DNA of 64,000 bases from Takakia lepidozioides (taxonomy: Eukaryota > Plantae > Bryophyta): NCBI GenBank assembly GCA_030704615.1, contig CM060731.1, positions 61,442,001-61,506,000 on the forward strand, given 5' to 3'. The translations under genes and the position numbers were made by a program. The notes under the pieces were generated by a model. It did not search any database, was not told the origin of the DNA, and was given only the letters and a program-made list of their open reading frames with translations. This document shows positions 49,101 through 61,979 of the stretch, piece by piece. The stretch's first letter is position 1. The number at the start of each line of letters is the position of its first letter.

Positions 49101-52100
49101 TAACAGGACTTATGCAAATGTGAATGCTCCTTTTTGGTAGTTGGTAATTCTACCAGCCCATGTGGTTTACGAAGAGAACAGGATGCCTGAAGGGAGGGTG
49201 GTGTACTTCTGTACTTCTTTATGTGCAGGATTTTTGCTCTAAGGTTAATGACCCCACTTCTTCAGGGGCCATCTTCTTTGCTGTTTGTCGAGGCAAGGTC
49301 TGCCATGCCTCCTCTCCTCTTTCCTATTAGGGCAGTAGCATCTTGTGTGGTGTATGTCTTTGTTGAGTATAGAGGAACAGTTGTCACATTAGAACAAAAC
49401 AACTGGCAGAGGGATTATATTCTACTGTTTCTGCCTTGCTTTTCTTCATTGGACAGGTCTAATCATTAGACTTTTATTGCGGATGGAGCAAAATTAATTG
49501 GAAATTGTGTATTGAAACTCGTACTCTCATTTGAATTTAGTGCTCAGTGCTTGATTCCTATTTAGGGCTTCCACTATTCTGGGTGTTTAAAGCTGTAGCA
49601 AGTGCTGCTCAAAAGCTTATGACTCTAAAGTGTTCGTCTTCTAAAGGATAATTAGGACTTGTGGGTACATCTGTGTAGGTGAGTGAAGGCCTTGATTTTG
49701 CAGATCGGATTGGACGAGCGGTTGTGGTCACCGGGATACCATTTGCCATGAAAATGGATCCCAAGGTACTTCACTCTCTCACCTCGAGTCCTTGACAAAA
49801 AGTCCTTCCAGTCAGTAGTCTTCCATGTAAGTTGCATTGGCCAACCTAAAATAATTCATCCATGTGATCAACATTTTGTTGATGGGAGTGGGACAGGTAA
49901 GGCTGAAACGCGAGTATTTGGATGAGCAACGGTTGCAAGCCTCAAATCACAAGGTAATTGGACTCCGGGTTTGTGGCATGGGCAGTCTGAAGGAAGGCTC
50001 AGTCAGGCTTTTCTTTCTTCACTTCCAGTTTGGTACTTTGTGGATATTTGTGTCATCCTTTTTTTGAGTGTAAGCCTCTCAGCCTCGTCTTCCCTGTTGA
50101 TCTCTTTGACATATAGTTTTGGAAATGATAGATATGCTTTATGTTCAAGATAGAAGGCCTCTCAAAGCTTTAATGTGGTTGGGTTCTGGGAGGTAAGCTT
50201 ATCAATAACTTCTGCCAGGATCTGGGTTGAAGTTTTCCACTTCATCTTGCACGGGGTCTCTGCTTACCTGGACATTGTTCGCATCCACTCTATACCAGCA
50301 AATAGGTCTGGGAGGGTGGTGTGTAGCTCCTAGGATAGAAGAGTGTAAATTACTTTCGTGGATCTAAGCAGGTGCGCTTTTGGCTTTGTACTGCAGGTCT
50401 TAAAAGGGGAAGAATGGTATGTACACCAGGCCGCCCGCGCTGTGAACCAGGCTGTGGGGCGTGTGATCCGCCATCGCCACGACTATGGTGCTATTATTCT
50501 CTGTGATGAAAGGTTTAATAAACTCGATTTGGACCAGAAATAGATCATTCGATTGTCTCGGGCCTTCAGTTGTACGTTATGTAAAGTTGACATGTACAAT
50601 AAGTCCACTAACTGCTTTTATATCAATAGTCGACTGGCATATTGTTCACACTAGCTACTTCTGTGATTGCTAAAACTTTGAACATGGTTTGCAGGTTTGG
50701 TCAAGCAGGGTCACAGAGTCAGATGTCTCTTTGGCTCAGACCCCATATTAAGGTGAGAAAATCAATCTGTTCTCCTCAAGGCTTGTCTTTTCCAGCAACA
50801 GGACAACCAGCTGTGGAAGCACCAGTGGAACAGTTGATGAGGATATGTACCTTCCTGACTTTCCTTTTGTAACTGGAGGTTGGCTTGATACATGGCATTT
50901 AGGAGAAATTTTATCTTTGAGAGTCTGAGCAAAGTTAGCCACATGTGGTTGTTGCTGGGGGAAATTGTAATATGAGGGTGTATTGCTGTTTGCTTCCTTG
51001 TCAGTCCGCCCCACTTGTTTTCTATTGAGGACTACATGTGCTTGTATGCAGTGTTATTCCAAATTTGGGGATGCAGCATTCACTTTGACTCGCTTCTTCC
51101 GAGATAAAGCTGCTGCAGGAGGATCCTGTAAACCATCAATTACACCTGCCATCACTCCAGGTTTGCTGCTTTTTGAGCTAGTAGTATTTATTTTTTTCCA
51201 ACTCAATTCTGGTGCTGTTTTTGTCAGTTCTGAAATGCACTGTGCAGCTATCTCTTGAGTGATTGCCCACGCTCTCTGTGGGGGATGTCGCAGATGCCCC
51301 AGCTGTTGCACAACCGTTGATTTCGACCTACAGAGAGACAAAGACTTGTATTAGTCTACCTAGTGGCGATCCTCTCAAGTTTTTTCGCACAGATCATCTC
51401 CATGGTTTGAACCCTTTCCCCAGCAGCATCCCCTTGGGACATTCTGTCTGCAGTTACTGCTGACCAACTTGTGTCCCATTCTAATCTGTTGGACCTCTCT
51501 GTTTGTTTCCTTTCATAGTCTCACAATGCACCACCAGCGGAGCAACCAATGAGAGCCATGGTGGGAGCGTTCACAGCGGCAAATCTACAGGGCCTTTGGT
51601 AACCACTTACTGTCTTCGTGATCTCATATGCAGTCTTCCTTGGCAAGTCATTATGGTTTGGTTTTTATTTTGCTATGTCTTGGGCTAGATTAGTTTGTCC
51701 CGGTCTCTTTTGGTAGTTGTGTGGATCTCATATGCTTTTTGTTTTTGTTTTGCAATTTCTTGGGCCAGACTAGTTTGTACATGTGTAGTTTTTTGAAACC
51801 CTGTTTGATGATTCACAATGTTAACTTTTGTTTTGGGATTTGTAGGGTCCCCTCATTTCTCCACGTTACCCAGGAACCACGGGGCCCACTTTGCCTCGGG
51901 AATCCCTGTCAGCAATGCTTGCAGCAAGCCGGCAGTCAAGAGGTAGTCAGCCACTCAGTTTGGCCATCACACCAGCCAATTGTGCAGTGGGTAGCACAGC
52001 TGGGGTTGTCCATGTGGTAGAGACCTCCGCTGCTATGAAAGGCTCCCTCTGCTCTTCAAAGAGAAATTTGAGGCCAAACTTGCATGGAAGAATAGATGAA

Positions 52101-55100
52101 GTGGGTACCGCCTCTTCTTCTCAAGCTGTGGCTGTGTCACAAAAGTCAAGTCCTCTGTTTACTTGCTCGACTGGGTCTTCCAGCCTTTGCTGTGAAGCAA
52201 ATATGGTGTCCATTGGCAATGGAGACACGAGAAGCTGTGGAAATGAGCCTTCAAGGAAGGTCACAACAGATTGTAGTGAGTGTAAAGGTAAGTGATTGCT
52301 GGTTCATTGACCAGATTGACAGTCTTTTCTGGAGGAGAGGGGAAAGGGACAATGTCTCCGATCTTACCTAATTTTGCAACAAGTTTTCTTCTACTACTGA
52401 CCGGACATCACCATGCCAGTAGGACCGACTGGAATACCCAAATGTAACGATCTGTTAGAGATAAGAGTCTGAGCTTGCTTTTGTTCCCGCAGGTGAGCAG
52501 ATCACTGCGGGAAAGTCTTTACCAGTAGCAAGTACCTCAGTTGGTATTCATGGCTGGAAATCAAACAGTGGCAATGATGGAGGATCTGTTTCAATAAATT
52601 GTAAAAATGGTTCTGTTCTCACAAGCGACACCCAGGCCAAGGACATGCTACTGGCAAACTCTGTGGGTTCCCTGGGAGCTGACCCTACAGATGTGGTCTT
52701 CAAGGAGGAAAGGAAAAAAAGGAATGCTGCTGAGTTTTTAAAGCAGGTGGGACCTTTTGTCTGGCAAGTGTCTGTCTGGCTGCCTGGTCCTCTTGTGATC
52801 TCGATAACACATAACAGTGCCAGCCCTTCCACAAATACTCTTGAGAACCCATTATCCTGATTGGGTTTAGCAGAGCTCACCTGAATCATTCACCATGGAT
52901 AAATATATGCCATGGTGGTTTTAAGGTCCTGACAAGGTCCATGGGGGTTGGTAGCTCAATGGAACTATGCCCTGAGGGATGTGTCGTTGCCCATGTACAC
53001 AGCAATGATCAAGTAATATTCTTCCTTCATCGTGTGTAACTTAACGAACCCTTTCTGCATGACTCTGGTGGGCAGGTAAAGGCACACCTGAGCGTTGGGG
53101 AGTACAAGGGATTTCTTGAGTGCATGCGGGGATTGAAGAGCCAGAGTATGAGTATGAATAAGCTGCTGGAGCTTATTGCAAACCTCTTCTCTGCTCCTGA
53201 ACGCCTCTTTCTTTTGTGCAGGTTTGCAAGTTTAATCCCCACTTTTACAGAGTTGTTTTGTACTTTAATTTGACGCTTGTTTGTGTTCAACAGTAGCTAA
53301 GTGTTGTGTCTGTGGAAATAGCTGAATGCAGCAAGGAATACCACTGAACAGGGCTCATTTTAGCTAGGATTATTTGCGGCAATACAAAGTTAGGACGAGG
53401 TGACTCTGCAGATCGGCTAAACCTCCTCTCATATATGAAATCAGGTGGTGCTCTGTAATAAATCAATGAGGTGTGGTGATATATTTCTTCACCCGTTTTT
53501 AGGTGGGCTTGAAGCTAAGATTCTTGCGGCCATTTGTGCAGTTTTGGAGATTTTGTGCCCAACCATCACCGACATCTGTACGATGAGCTGATGGCAGCAA
53601 AGCATGCTGAACATGGGCTTTTACCAGGTTCCAACCTGTACCCAACCTTCCACTGTTCCTTTCTTGCAAGCACAGTGAGGTAGCACAGTGAGGTAAAAGA
53701 TCGTGCAGTGGGCTAAGTAAAGAGCTAGCAAGCTGGACTACAATCTTTTGAGTCCATTTTTCACAGAACTGATTTATCCTGGATCTCCAGTGCTATGCAT
53801 CAAGCATGTAATAGTATGGTGTGTTTGTGGGTTGCAGGTGAGAGCCCAATTAGTCAGACAGGAAGCAAACCTTCATTGCTTGGCTTCCCTTCCAGAAGCC
53901 GTAAAGTACCCATCACCAAAAGACCTGCTGGTTGTGAGCCAGCTGAAGGCGTTCCTCCTAAGCAAGGAAGGACAGTTTCTCCTACAGGTACCCACTTCTT
54001 TCCGTGCCCAGACCATAGTCAGTATCTGGTATTCTCTTTTCTCTAGCTGGTAAGATGTGTGCCCTCAAGATGGCTGCTGCAAAGCGTGGTCAAAGGAGTT
54101 GGGTTCGTTGTCTGTGAATTCCTGTGTGATAATTGTGAAATCATCAACAAGGAACTTCAGTACAAACACAATATTTGGCTGGACTGATACTGAGGGGCAG
54201 CAGGCCACGTGGTCTTGCTAGGAGACTTTAATGCCCTGGTGGGCAAGGGGTCTCCAGCAGGACAACGTCACTGGGATTTTTGGTAGGATGAGCATAATCT
54301 CAACAGCAAGTGGCTTATCAATAGCCTGGAAGAGATCAGCTTTTGACCTTGAACAATAGGTCAGAAGAAGACCCTTTGCATTGGATTTGTCAACAAGCCC
54401 AAACTGGGGAATCGTCCATTGTGGATTATATCATAGTGGATAAGGTGTTGTTTCCTCAGTGCGTCAAAGTGTTGGTTGATAGAACCAATATTGGGACGTC
54501 TGACCACTTTCTTGTCTGGACAGAGGTCTAAAGGTGTATTCTTAACACTAACAGATCTGTCAAACTTTCAGTTCGAAAGTGGCGCATAGAAAATTTCCGG
54601 AGGAAAGAGGTCTAGATAGTCTGTCTTTGCCTTGAAAGAGGCTTATCCAATCGCTGCAAAATCTCTCTGCTTGCTTGGGTGATGCAAGAAGCGAGGTTGA
54701 AAGAGCTGTGGACTCTTGGGGATCGTGGGTTTCTGAAGAATGGAGGTAGAACGAACTGTTCCTCCAATCCAAGACAGCCTGATGATCTGGAGTATATCAC
54801 AAAGGGATACAACAAGCCCATTAGTTCGAAGCATGGTGTCGATCCTATGGTAGAGGCCCTTGCCCTCCTCCTAACCTTATTTGGAAGATTGAAATGTTAC
54901 CCTTTTGCTGGAGTCATAGTAAGGCAACAGAGAAGAGCCTGGGAGCTACTTCGGCACTGCACTTCTAAGTGCAGTTGGCAAACTATTTTGTAGGATAATA
55001 AGCACCCCTCTTGAGGTTGATTTGGAGTCTAGAAGTGTTTTCCATGAAGGTCAGGCAGGCCTCCAGAGAAGTAGGTGTTGCGTATATCTTTACCCTAAGC

Positions 55101-56064
55101 CAGACTATTTAGGGAAGGGAAAGAGAAGGATAACCCACCATTGTCTTATTCCTGCTTGTTAAAAAGGATGGTATGATGCGACAGCTGTGGCTTCGTCAAG
55201 GTGTTCTGAGGTCAGGAGAAAAATGTGGAGGAAGGTTCACAGTCTATATGTGAACACCAAAAGTTGTGTTATGGTTAATCTAAAGTCTAATTGACCAAGG
55301 TGTAGCTCAAGATTGTACCCTCTACCCACTGTTCTTCAACGTTTTCATTCATGAGCTCCTTGAAGATGTGGAAGGATTTGGGTTTAAGTTGAGTGACGCC
55401 ACCATACCAGCTCTAGTGTTTGTGGATGACTTTGCGGGCCTAAGGGATACCCCATCCAGTCTTCAGGAGTTCATTGATTGTACGAAGAGGTACTTTGACC
55501 TGTGGAGGCTAGAAGCCAATGTTAATAAATGCGCGGTGGTGGCCTTCAATGATCGTGGGGAGGGAGGAGGGGATCTCAAATGGACATGTGACAATGAAGA
55601 GATCCATGTACTCCCTTCCTAACATATCTTGGGAGTGTGCTTTCCTCCAGTTGTAACTGGGATGCACATATTCAGAAAGTGGTTCACAGCTGAATGCAAG
55701 GCCTTGGTCTCACTCAATGTTTCCACTCCAGAGGGATTGATACTGAAGTTAGAAGGACCATGCTTTGCAACCTTCAGTATGCTTATGCTGTGTGGGGGCA
55801 ACTTCAACCAAGCTAAGACTTTAGATTTCATTCAGCGCTCGGTGCTCCAGAGCGTTTCCAGCCATGGTGGGTTAGAATGTACTCATAAGACTTTGATTGC
55901 CGTAGCCTTGTGGCCATTGATGCCATGGTGGGTTAGAAACCACCAGCAGTCCAAAGCCTATTCACTTCAGATAGATTTTTCTAACAACTGCGCAGATCTT
56001 TGCTGACGCAGGGATGCAGTTGAGAGAAGCTTCACCTCACAAAAAAAGCTCAAAACATCAATAG
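43124..56064 (+). CDS. RTEL1: Regulator of telomere elongation helicase 1 (Fe-S DEAH helicase), multi-exon
   Basis: [29 protein letters not shown]; [23 protein letters not shown]; [16 protein letters not shown]; [10 protein letters not shown]; CPYFLSREL; [10 protein letters not shown]; [11 protein letters not shown]; [12 protein letters not shown]; [15 protein letters not shown]; [30 protein letters not shown]; C-terminal harmonin-homology region [14 protein letters not shown]. Exons are clear to ~53987. The terminal exon (~56012-56064) is inferred. Confidence 0.95.
54100..55880 (+). mobile_element. Decayed non-LTR retrotransposon (LINE, RTE/RTEX-like), APE plus RT
   Basis: APE motifs [14 protein letters not shown] (~54210), SIVDYIIVD and TSDHFLV. 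RT motifs [43 protein letters not shown] and YLGV. Many stops and frameshifts. Confidence 0.88.
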
Positions 56065-57271
56065 AATCGAGTGACAAAAATACCACTATTGGTCATTGCC
56101 CATCAAAAGAAATGGTAAGTAGTATTCCTTCCTGTGTTTCCACATCCTTCATTCGTGGAAGAAAAGAAATCATAGGTCTTTTGTGCAATATTTTAGACAG
56201 TGTTAACCATTGCTTACCATGTTTCGTAGCAAGAAAGGATCCACACCTTGGAACTTGTTCTGTTGTTTTTGCAAAGGCATATGCTACAGTTGTACCCTCA
56301 CTTCTCAGACAACCATCTTTTTGTCACTTGACATATCAGGATGAACAAATTGAAATCACAATCCCTCCTTCGAATGCTTTACGTCTTGGATAGAACTACT
56401 CGATTCAGAGCTTACACACATGGATATTCAGTGTGACCATAAGTTCCCCATTCAGAGAGCATTGAGTCCAAATTGGTGAGAGCTTTAAAATACACATACT
56501 AACCTCCTATGGCTGCACTTTCCAAGAAAGTTCACTGTTAGCTCACATTTGGATTGCTAACAACTTCCAGTTTTTTCCACTTGTTCTTAGAAACAAAAAT
56601 CAATACTTATAGGCATTGTACATCGTATTTTTGGTGCCATTGCCAGAGTAATGGGTACATGCTTCTCAGTCCCAATTCGTATGGAATTATGATAACCTGG
56701 CAATCAAATTCTTGGTGGAAATCAAAACTCAAGCATTGTGACTTCGCCCCCTTTGGCCTTGGGAATGGATGCAGGATGGGACACAGGACAGGAGCGGCCA
56801 AATCAAATATTGCGATCAATGAATGGACTTGACAAAATTAGCTTGTTCCACTGTGTACACAGTATATTATAGGTAGAATAGTTTGTTGGACATTGACATT
56901 GTCTTGTTAATTATAATTCTAGTGGCAACAGCCATCACACATGAACTGGACTGCAGATTGAGACAGCAAGATACCATACCTCGCTTGAGGGTAGGACTTT
57001 TCCAGTATGTATGTACCAAGAAAGGAAATCTAATGTTCCAACTACTCAAAGTAGAACCAGATTACTTAGCATGATAATAATGTCATCTTTCTTTACTGAC
57101 AACATTCCTGTGCAGCCACTCTGTTTGCCCACATCACTTCCACGTCTCTTTACTGCTGCTCCCTCGCTCCTCTCACATATACGGTGCTCTCTTCCATCAT
57201 CATCTTTTGAGATTCTGGCTTCTGTTTGTGTGTGTTCTTGAATTATAGGGGCCGAGTGGCCAAGGACGGCG

Positions 57272-60200
57272 ATGGTGGGCTCGGGTACTTTCCTTCCACA
57301 TTCGTCCTTCCTGAGCCCTCCTCCTCTTTCGATCTCTTTCTGCTTGCCCCGCTTCGCTTCGACTCCGAGCCTTTCTCATACATTGCCAAACACCCTCTCC
57401 AAACCTCTCATATCAAGGCATTTTCGAGCTGAATTCAGCAGAGAGATTCATTGCTCCTCCTGTGCACGATCTTCACTGAAAAGATCAACCTGTAGCATGG
57501 TTTGTAGGATGGCAATGGTACCTGGGGCACAAAGTCAAAAGTTTATCGATGGGGTCCAAAACTGTAATTCACAAGGAGACAGTATTGTAGTAAGCTTGGC
57601 GAGTGACAGAAGCATGCAGCGACAGCGGGGTATAGTGACAATTTGCAGAGTAAGTCTGGACTCGGAGGAAGAGGAAAAGACAAGCACTGAGGTTGTGGGT
57701 ATGGTGGAGACGGATACGAACGTACCTGCGAGAATTGTGAAGCAGGTGGCCCTGTGGACCATGGCCACCGTCTACGCCTCTTGGCTTTTTCTGCTGCCAT
57801 ACGCTCCAGTAATTCTCTCCTCCCTCTCTCCTTCTCTCAATCCCTCTGAGACACGCTTAAGCTCTTTGGGCTGCCTGTGGACGTGGTAAACTGTCCCCGA
57901 CTCCGTACTCCGTCCAAACCGGTGATCTATGGTCTAAAGGCTACGACAGGCATGATTTTTCTCTCTCTCAGCAGGCACTGCGGTAGTGCATGAATGCAGC
58001 TTAGTTCGATTAGACTGTCTCTTGCAATTGACGAAGAGAAATGAGGAAGATGTGCTACTGGGTGGTAGTTCAGCTCTTGCTGAGTTACTCCAAGTGTAGA
58101 TTCTGAGATACTTTCTCATTCTTATAGGTGGATGAGGGTAAATCTGTAGTGGGCCACCAAATACATCTATATGAGGCAATTGGACATATCAGAGGAGTTG
58201 GTTAAAAGAGCCAAATTTGTAGCTGGCCATTCACCAGCCAGTAGCCCACTCGACCGTGGTAGAATACGAAGATGAGGCTACATATTGTTACAGGCATCTT
58301 GAAACGACCCGCCAAATACACGTTACTAAGTCATCAGATTGAAGCGTGGACTTGTGAATGTCCTACACACTCAACTGACATACTACGTGGATTGATTGCA
58401 AGAAGTTGGTTAATCCACCACCAATGAGAATTTCATGGCAGACCTACTGTTTTTGTACTATCATATGCTGGCTGTCTGCCATAAAAAAATTCCTGTTGAT
58501 TGGTTCAGGCTTCACTGTAGACTGGTTCATTGTTGACAAGGTTTTGAGGTTTTGTGCAGGGTGACCCAGTTTGGGCAATTTCTCCAGCCACTATCTCAGG
58601 ACTTATTGACCTCTCCCTCAACTTCTTTTATGTTCTTCCCCTGGCCAACATGGGTTTGTGATACTTCAACCTTCAAACTTGACTGCAAATATGTATGGCA
58701 GTGACATTAGTTTGAGAAGGGGTCATGGAGGATGCTGTCAATTGCTTAAGGGTCAGCAATGGATATGTGAAGAAGCCTATGTCTTCCCTTTTCCTTAATT
58801 TGGTTCAGTATTTGCTTCAAGTGAGCTAGGGACGTATGGAAAGTTTCAATTGGAGCTCACAATGTGTGTTGGTTGGGCAGAACAGCCGGGTTTCACCTCA
58901 TTGAGGCTCCCATAGCCCATCCGGTGAGTTTCTTTCTGTTGGCACTCATTGATGGAGAGATGGTGAGGTTTACAAGGAGGTTCGACACAAGAAGGACACA
59001 CAGAATGTATAATGCTGTGGCATTACATGCAAGCCAACTATGAATTCTCTAGCATTGCGGTCTGGACTGTCCAATCAACATGTGCCTCGTCAGATTGAGC
59101 TTTGCTCAAAGATAAATGTGACTCATCCAGTGAATGAATAGAGGTGGAAGAGATAGAGAGATGAATTGCAGAGAAGAGGGAGCTGAGAAGAGGATAATCT
59201 AGGCCAAGGCTAGCTTACCCGGTGACTTGGCATGCTTCAAACCTTCTTTTGAAAGTTTCATTCCCCTCCTGTACTTTGCCAACTACATTTGACTCAAGCA
59301 CTCAGCTTTTGGCATGCACCAAGGAAAGGGTGACACTGTCACTCGTGGGAGCCCAGCTTTGAGACGGTTCCTTTGCACATTCTCATGGCATTTGCCAATA
59401 CTTATGTTAGGCTAATTCTCATTTGCATCCTGCCAGTTGCCCCTTCTTTCTCTTACTTGATGCTTCTGCGCATTGTTCTTTTTGCTCATGAGGATACTGG
59501 GGTGCAGACAGATGAAGCACTCTTCAACTTTGTGCTGGGCTGGGCACTCCTATTTGCACCACTTGTCTTCACTGACCGAAAGCGTGACCGCTTCACTGGG
59601 TCGCTCGACGCATTTTGGAGCATATCGATGTTTCTGACCAACAGTGAGTGACAGCTAGCTGTTCATCTACTATGTTTCAGCCCACCTGTGTCGTTTCGTG
59701 TTGCATCCCTGTTGTTTGTTTTGGCCACGGGGTCTGTGGTAACAAGGCTACGGCAAACAACATTTTGTGAGTACGTTCTTTGTCTTCAAGGTCTACTGGA
59801 AGTAGCTGCAACACAACAGTTACTCATCCACTTAGCTACATATTGTCGCTTGAAGATCAAAGCTTGTTGCATCTGACAAATCTTTCTTTTTACGATCTTG
59901 TTAATGTGGCAGCTGTTCTTATCCCCTACATGGCTATCCGGCTCACTCCAAGGTCCAGCAAAGACTCGAAAGAAAAATCGTTGTGCAAGCCTACAAGTGA
60001 TGGTATTGATGATTACCAAACAAGTGGGCTTCAAAGAGCAATGACATCAGGGGCCCGTGGAATTGCAGTGATTGCAGGCTTCATTGGCATTCTGTCTCTT
60101 GTATGGGCTCTTGCAGGGAGGCCGGAAGGAGGTTATGGCGATCTAGTCCAGCGATGGAACTACTTTGTTCACACCATCAATTGTGACCGCCCCTCTTACG

Positions 60201-60376
60201 CTTTCATATGGGACCTCTGTTGCTACTCTGTCTTTCAGCCATGGTTGATAGCTGACAATCTTGGCAATGTGAAAAGAGAAAACCTGGAGGCCGTCCGGAT
60301 TCTTCGCTTTATCCCGTATGTAGGTTTGGTTGCTTACTGCTGGGCCCTCCGAAGTTCAAAAGAGAGGCAGAGCTGA
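57272..60376 (+). CDS. Conserved plant multi-pass membrane protein, probably plastid-targeted; function unknown
   Basis: Exons ~57272-57808, 58560-58652, 58886-58923, 59508-59644 and 59913-60376 join to WLFLLPYAP-GDPVWAISPATISGLIDLSLNFFYVLPLANM-AGFHLIEAPIAHP-TDEALFNFVLGWALLFAPLVFTDRKRDRF...MFLTN-TVLIPYMAIRL...YAFIWDLCCYSVFQPWLIADNL...RFIPYVGL. Ser/Pro/Arg-rich N-terminus resembles a transit peptide. Confidence 0.85.
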
Positions 60377-61415
60377 AAAGCTTCCGGCAGACTCAACCTT
60401 CAATCAATGCTTGCATGTTAATTTTATCTTCCAGGTCCTGGGTTTGTATGGCTTCACTGGGATTCATAGATGTAGCTGTTGCATGATTGTAATGCTTCAG
60501 GCTGTTTCGATAGCCAACCCCAGGGCTGAGCCTTATGAGCATTACTGTGGTACCATGTTTTTTGCTGCAAAGTGACAATTCTTTCCGCCCCTGATTGCAA
60601 GGCTTGCAAACTGCCTGTTGCTGGTGGAGGAATCAATTACCCTTTTCTTGCAGCATCAGACAGTAAAGCACAGCTGAAAGCTTGTTCGGATCCTTAACGA
60701 AGTGTTGTTCAGCTTCTACACTAGCAGGTCCACTGTTGAAAAGATTATGATGCACCCCACAACAGAAGCTGGTGACTCATCTACTGTGGCAGTGTCTACT
60801 GGAAAGGCTATTTACAGCTGTAGCTTTGTTGGGAGGTGCAAAAGTTTTACACACTTGTCAAGGTGTAAAGGCTTGATTCCGACCTGCTTACTTCTGGGCA
60901 TGGATGAATGTTGCCGTGGATGAAGTGGGGTGATAACGCCCATCCATGGTAACGAATGGCGCAGTAGATGAACAGCTCAACTAATTCTGGATGGATGTAG
61001 ACAGTAGCCGTTACGCATTGGGCGCTAGCAGAGCTGGCAATCTTAAGTTAGCCTTGTCTTTTGTTAACAGTTAGATTAGGATTAGATTGGGTGATGTGGC
61101 AGAAATACATGGCCTGGCTGGAATAGCATCTGCTTGACCAATGAAAGGCAGCCATTTGGTCTAGATAGGATTACATGCTTAAGTACTATATAAATCAAAG
61201 CACTCAAAGGATCTGGGTGGTGGATTTGAGCTCAAGTGGTGTACGGTGTCCTTGTCTTGGTGAGCTTATGTGTGCATGACCTCCTGGATGAAAGTGTGTT
61301 GGCTAGTGTGTATGGTGGTCATAGATTCCATCCTATCTAGCGAGTCTCTGCCCTACTGCGCTACAACCCCCTTGTAGGTAATTACCGGACGTAAGGGAAA
61401 TGTATCCCCGGCTTA

Positions 61416-61482
61416 GGGAATTCCAAAAAGGCCTTGATGTGAAATGCATCGCAATTCACATCAAGGCCTTTTTGGAATTCCC
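61416..61482. mobile_element. 67-bp hairpin mini-element flanked by TA
   Basis: TA-GGGAATTCCAAAAAGGCCTTGATGTGAA-atgcatcgcaa-TTCACATCAAGGCCTTTTTGGAATTCCC-TA. Perfect 28-bp arms. Confidence 0.85.
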
Positions 61483-61979
61483 TACATGCACTGTAACCTG
61501 AAGTCTGGGTTTCCTCATTTCATATATGCAGGTCACCGTGGGCTCCATTGGACTGTACACAATAAGGAACACACAAACATGTCCAAACCTACCGAGATGC
61601 GAGACAAGCTCGAGATTTTGGAGTGGTCCGTTACAACGACCAGGGAGCAGCTGAGCAGCCGCAGTCCGGCCCAACCCTTCCAGAGCGAAATCGAAGTAAA
61701 GAAACTTATTTGAAGTTGAAAGTGCACGAGTAACAGCCCAAATACCTTGCAAAGTGGGTCGAAGGATCCAGATCATCGGAGACAACAGTTGTCAATGAGG
61801 AAGGACATGCATGACTCGTGCTGCTATAAGTAAAGTTGTCTTGATTCGAGTTACCTTCCCAAATTATCAAGCCTACTTAAATCTTTCGTTGATGATTACT
61901 TCAAATTCCAGGCCGTGTGATCGTGTCTAAGTCATAGTTGGGTGAGTATACCGACATTGGGCTGGTGACAGAGAGAGAG

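Noticed and set aside
53669-53694. 13-bp direct duplication AGCACAGTGAGGT as a transposon footprint
   Set aside because: Equally explained by replication slippage, with no supporting element ends.
56112-56393. Second RT fragment (FAKAYATV)
   Set aside because: A single weak motif with no other RT domains in register.
60909-61364. Solo LTR (CCAAT and TATATAAA motifs, ends GCGCTACA)
   Set aside because: No matching 5' TG terminus with a TSD and no second copy in the window.
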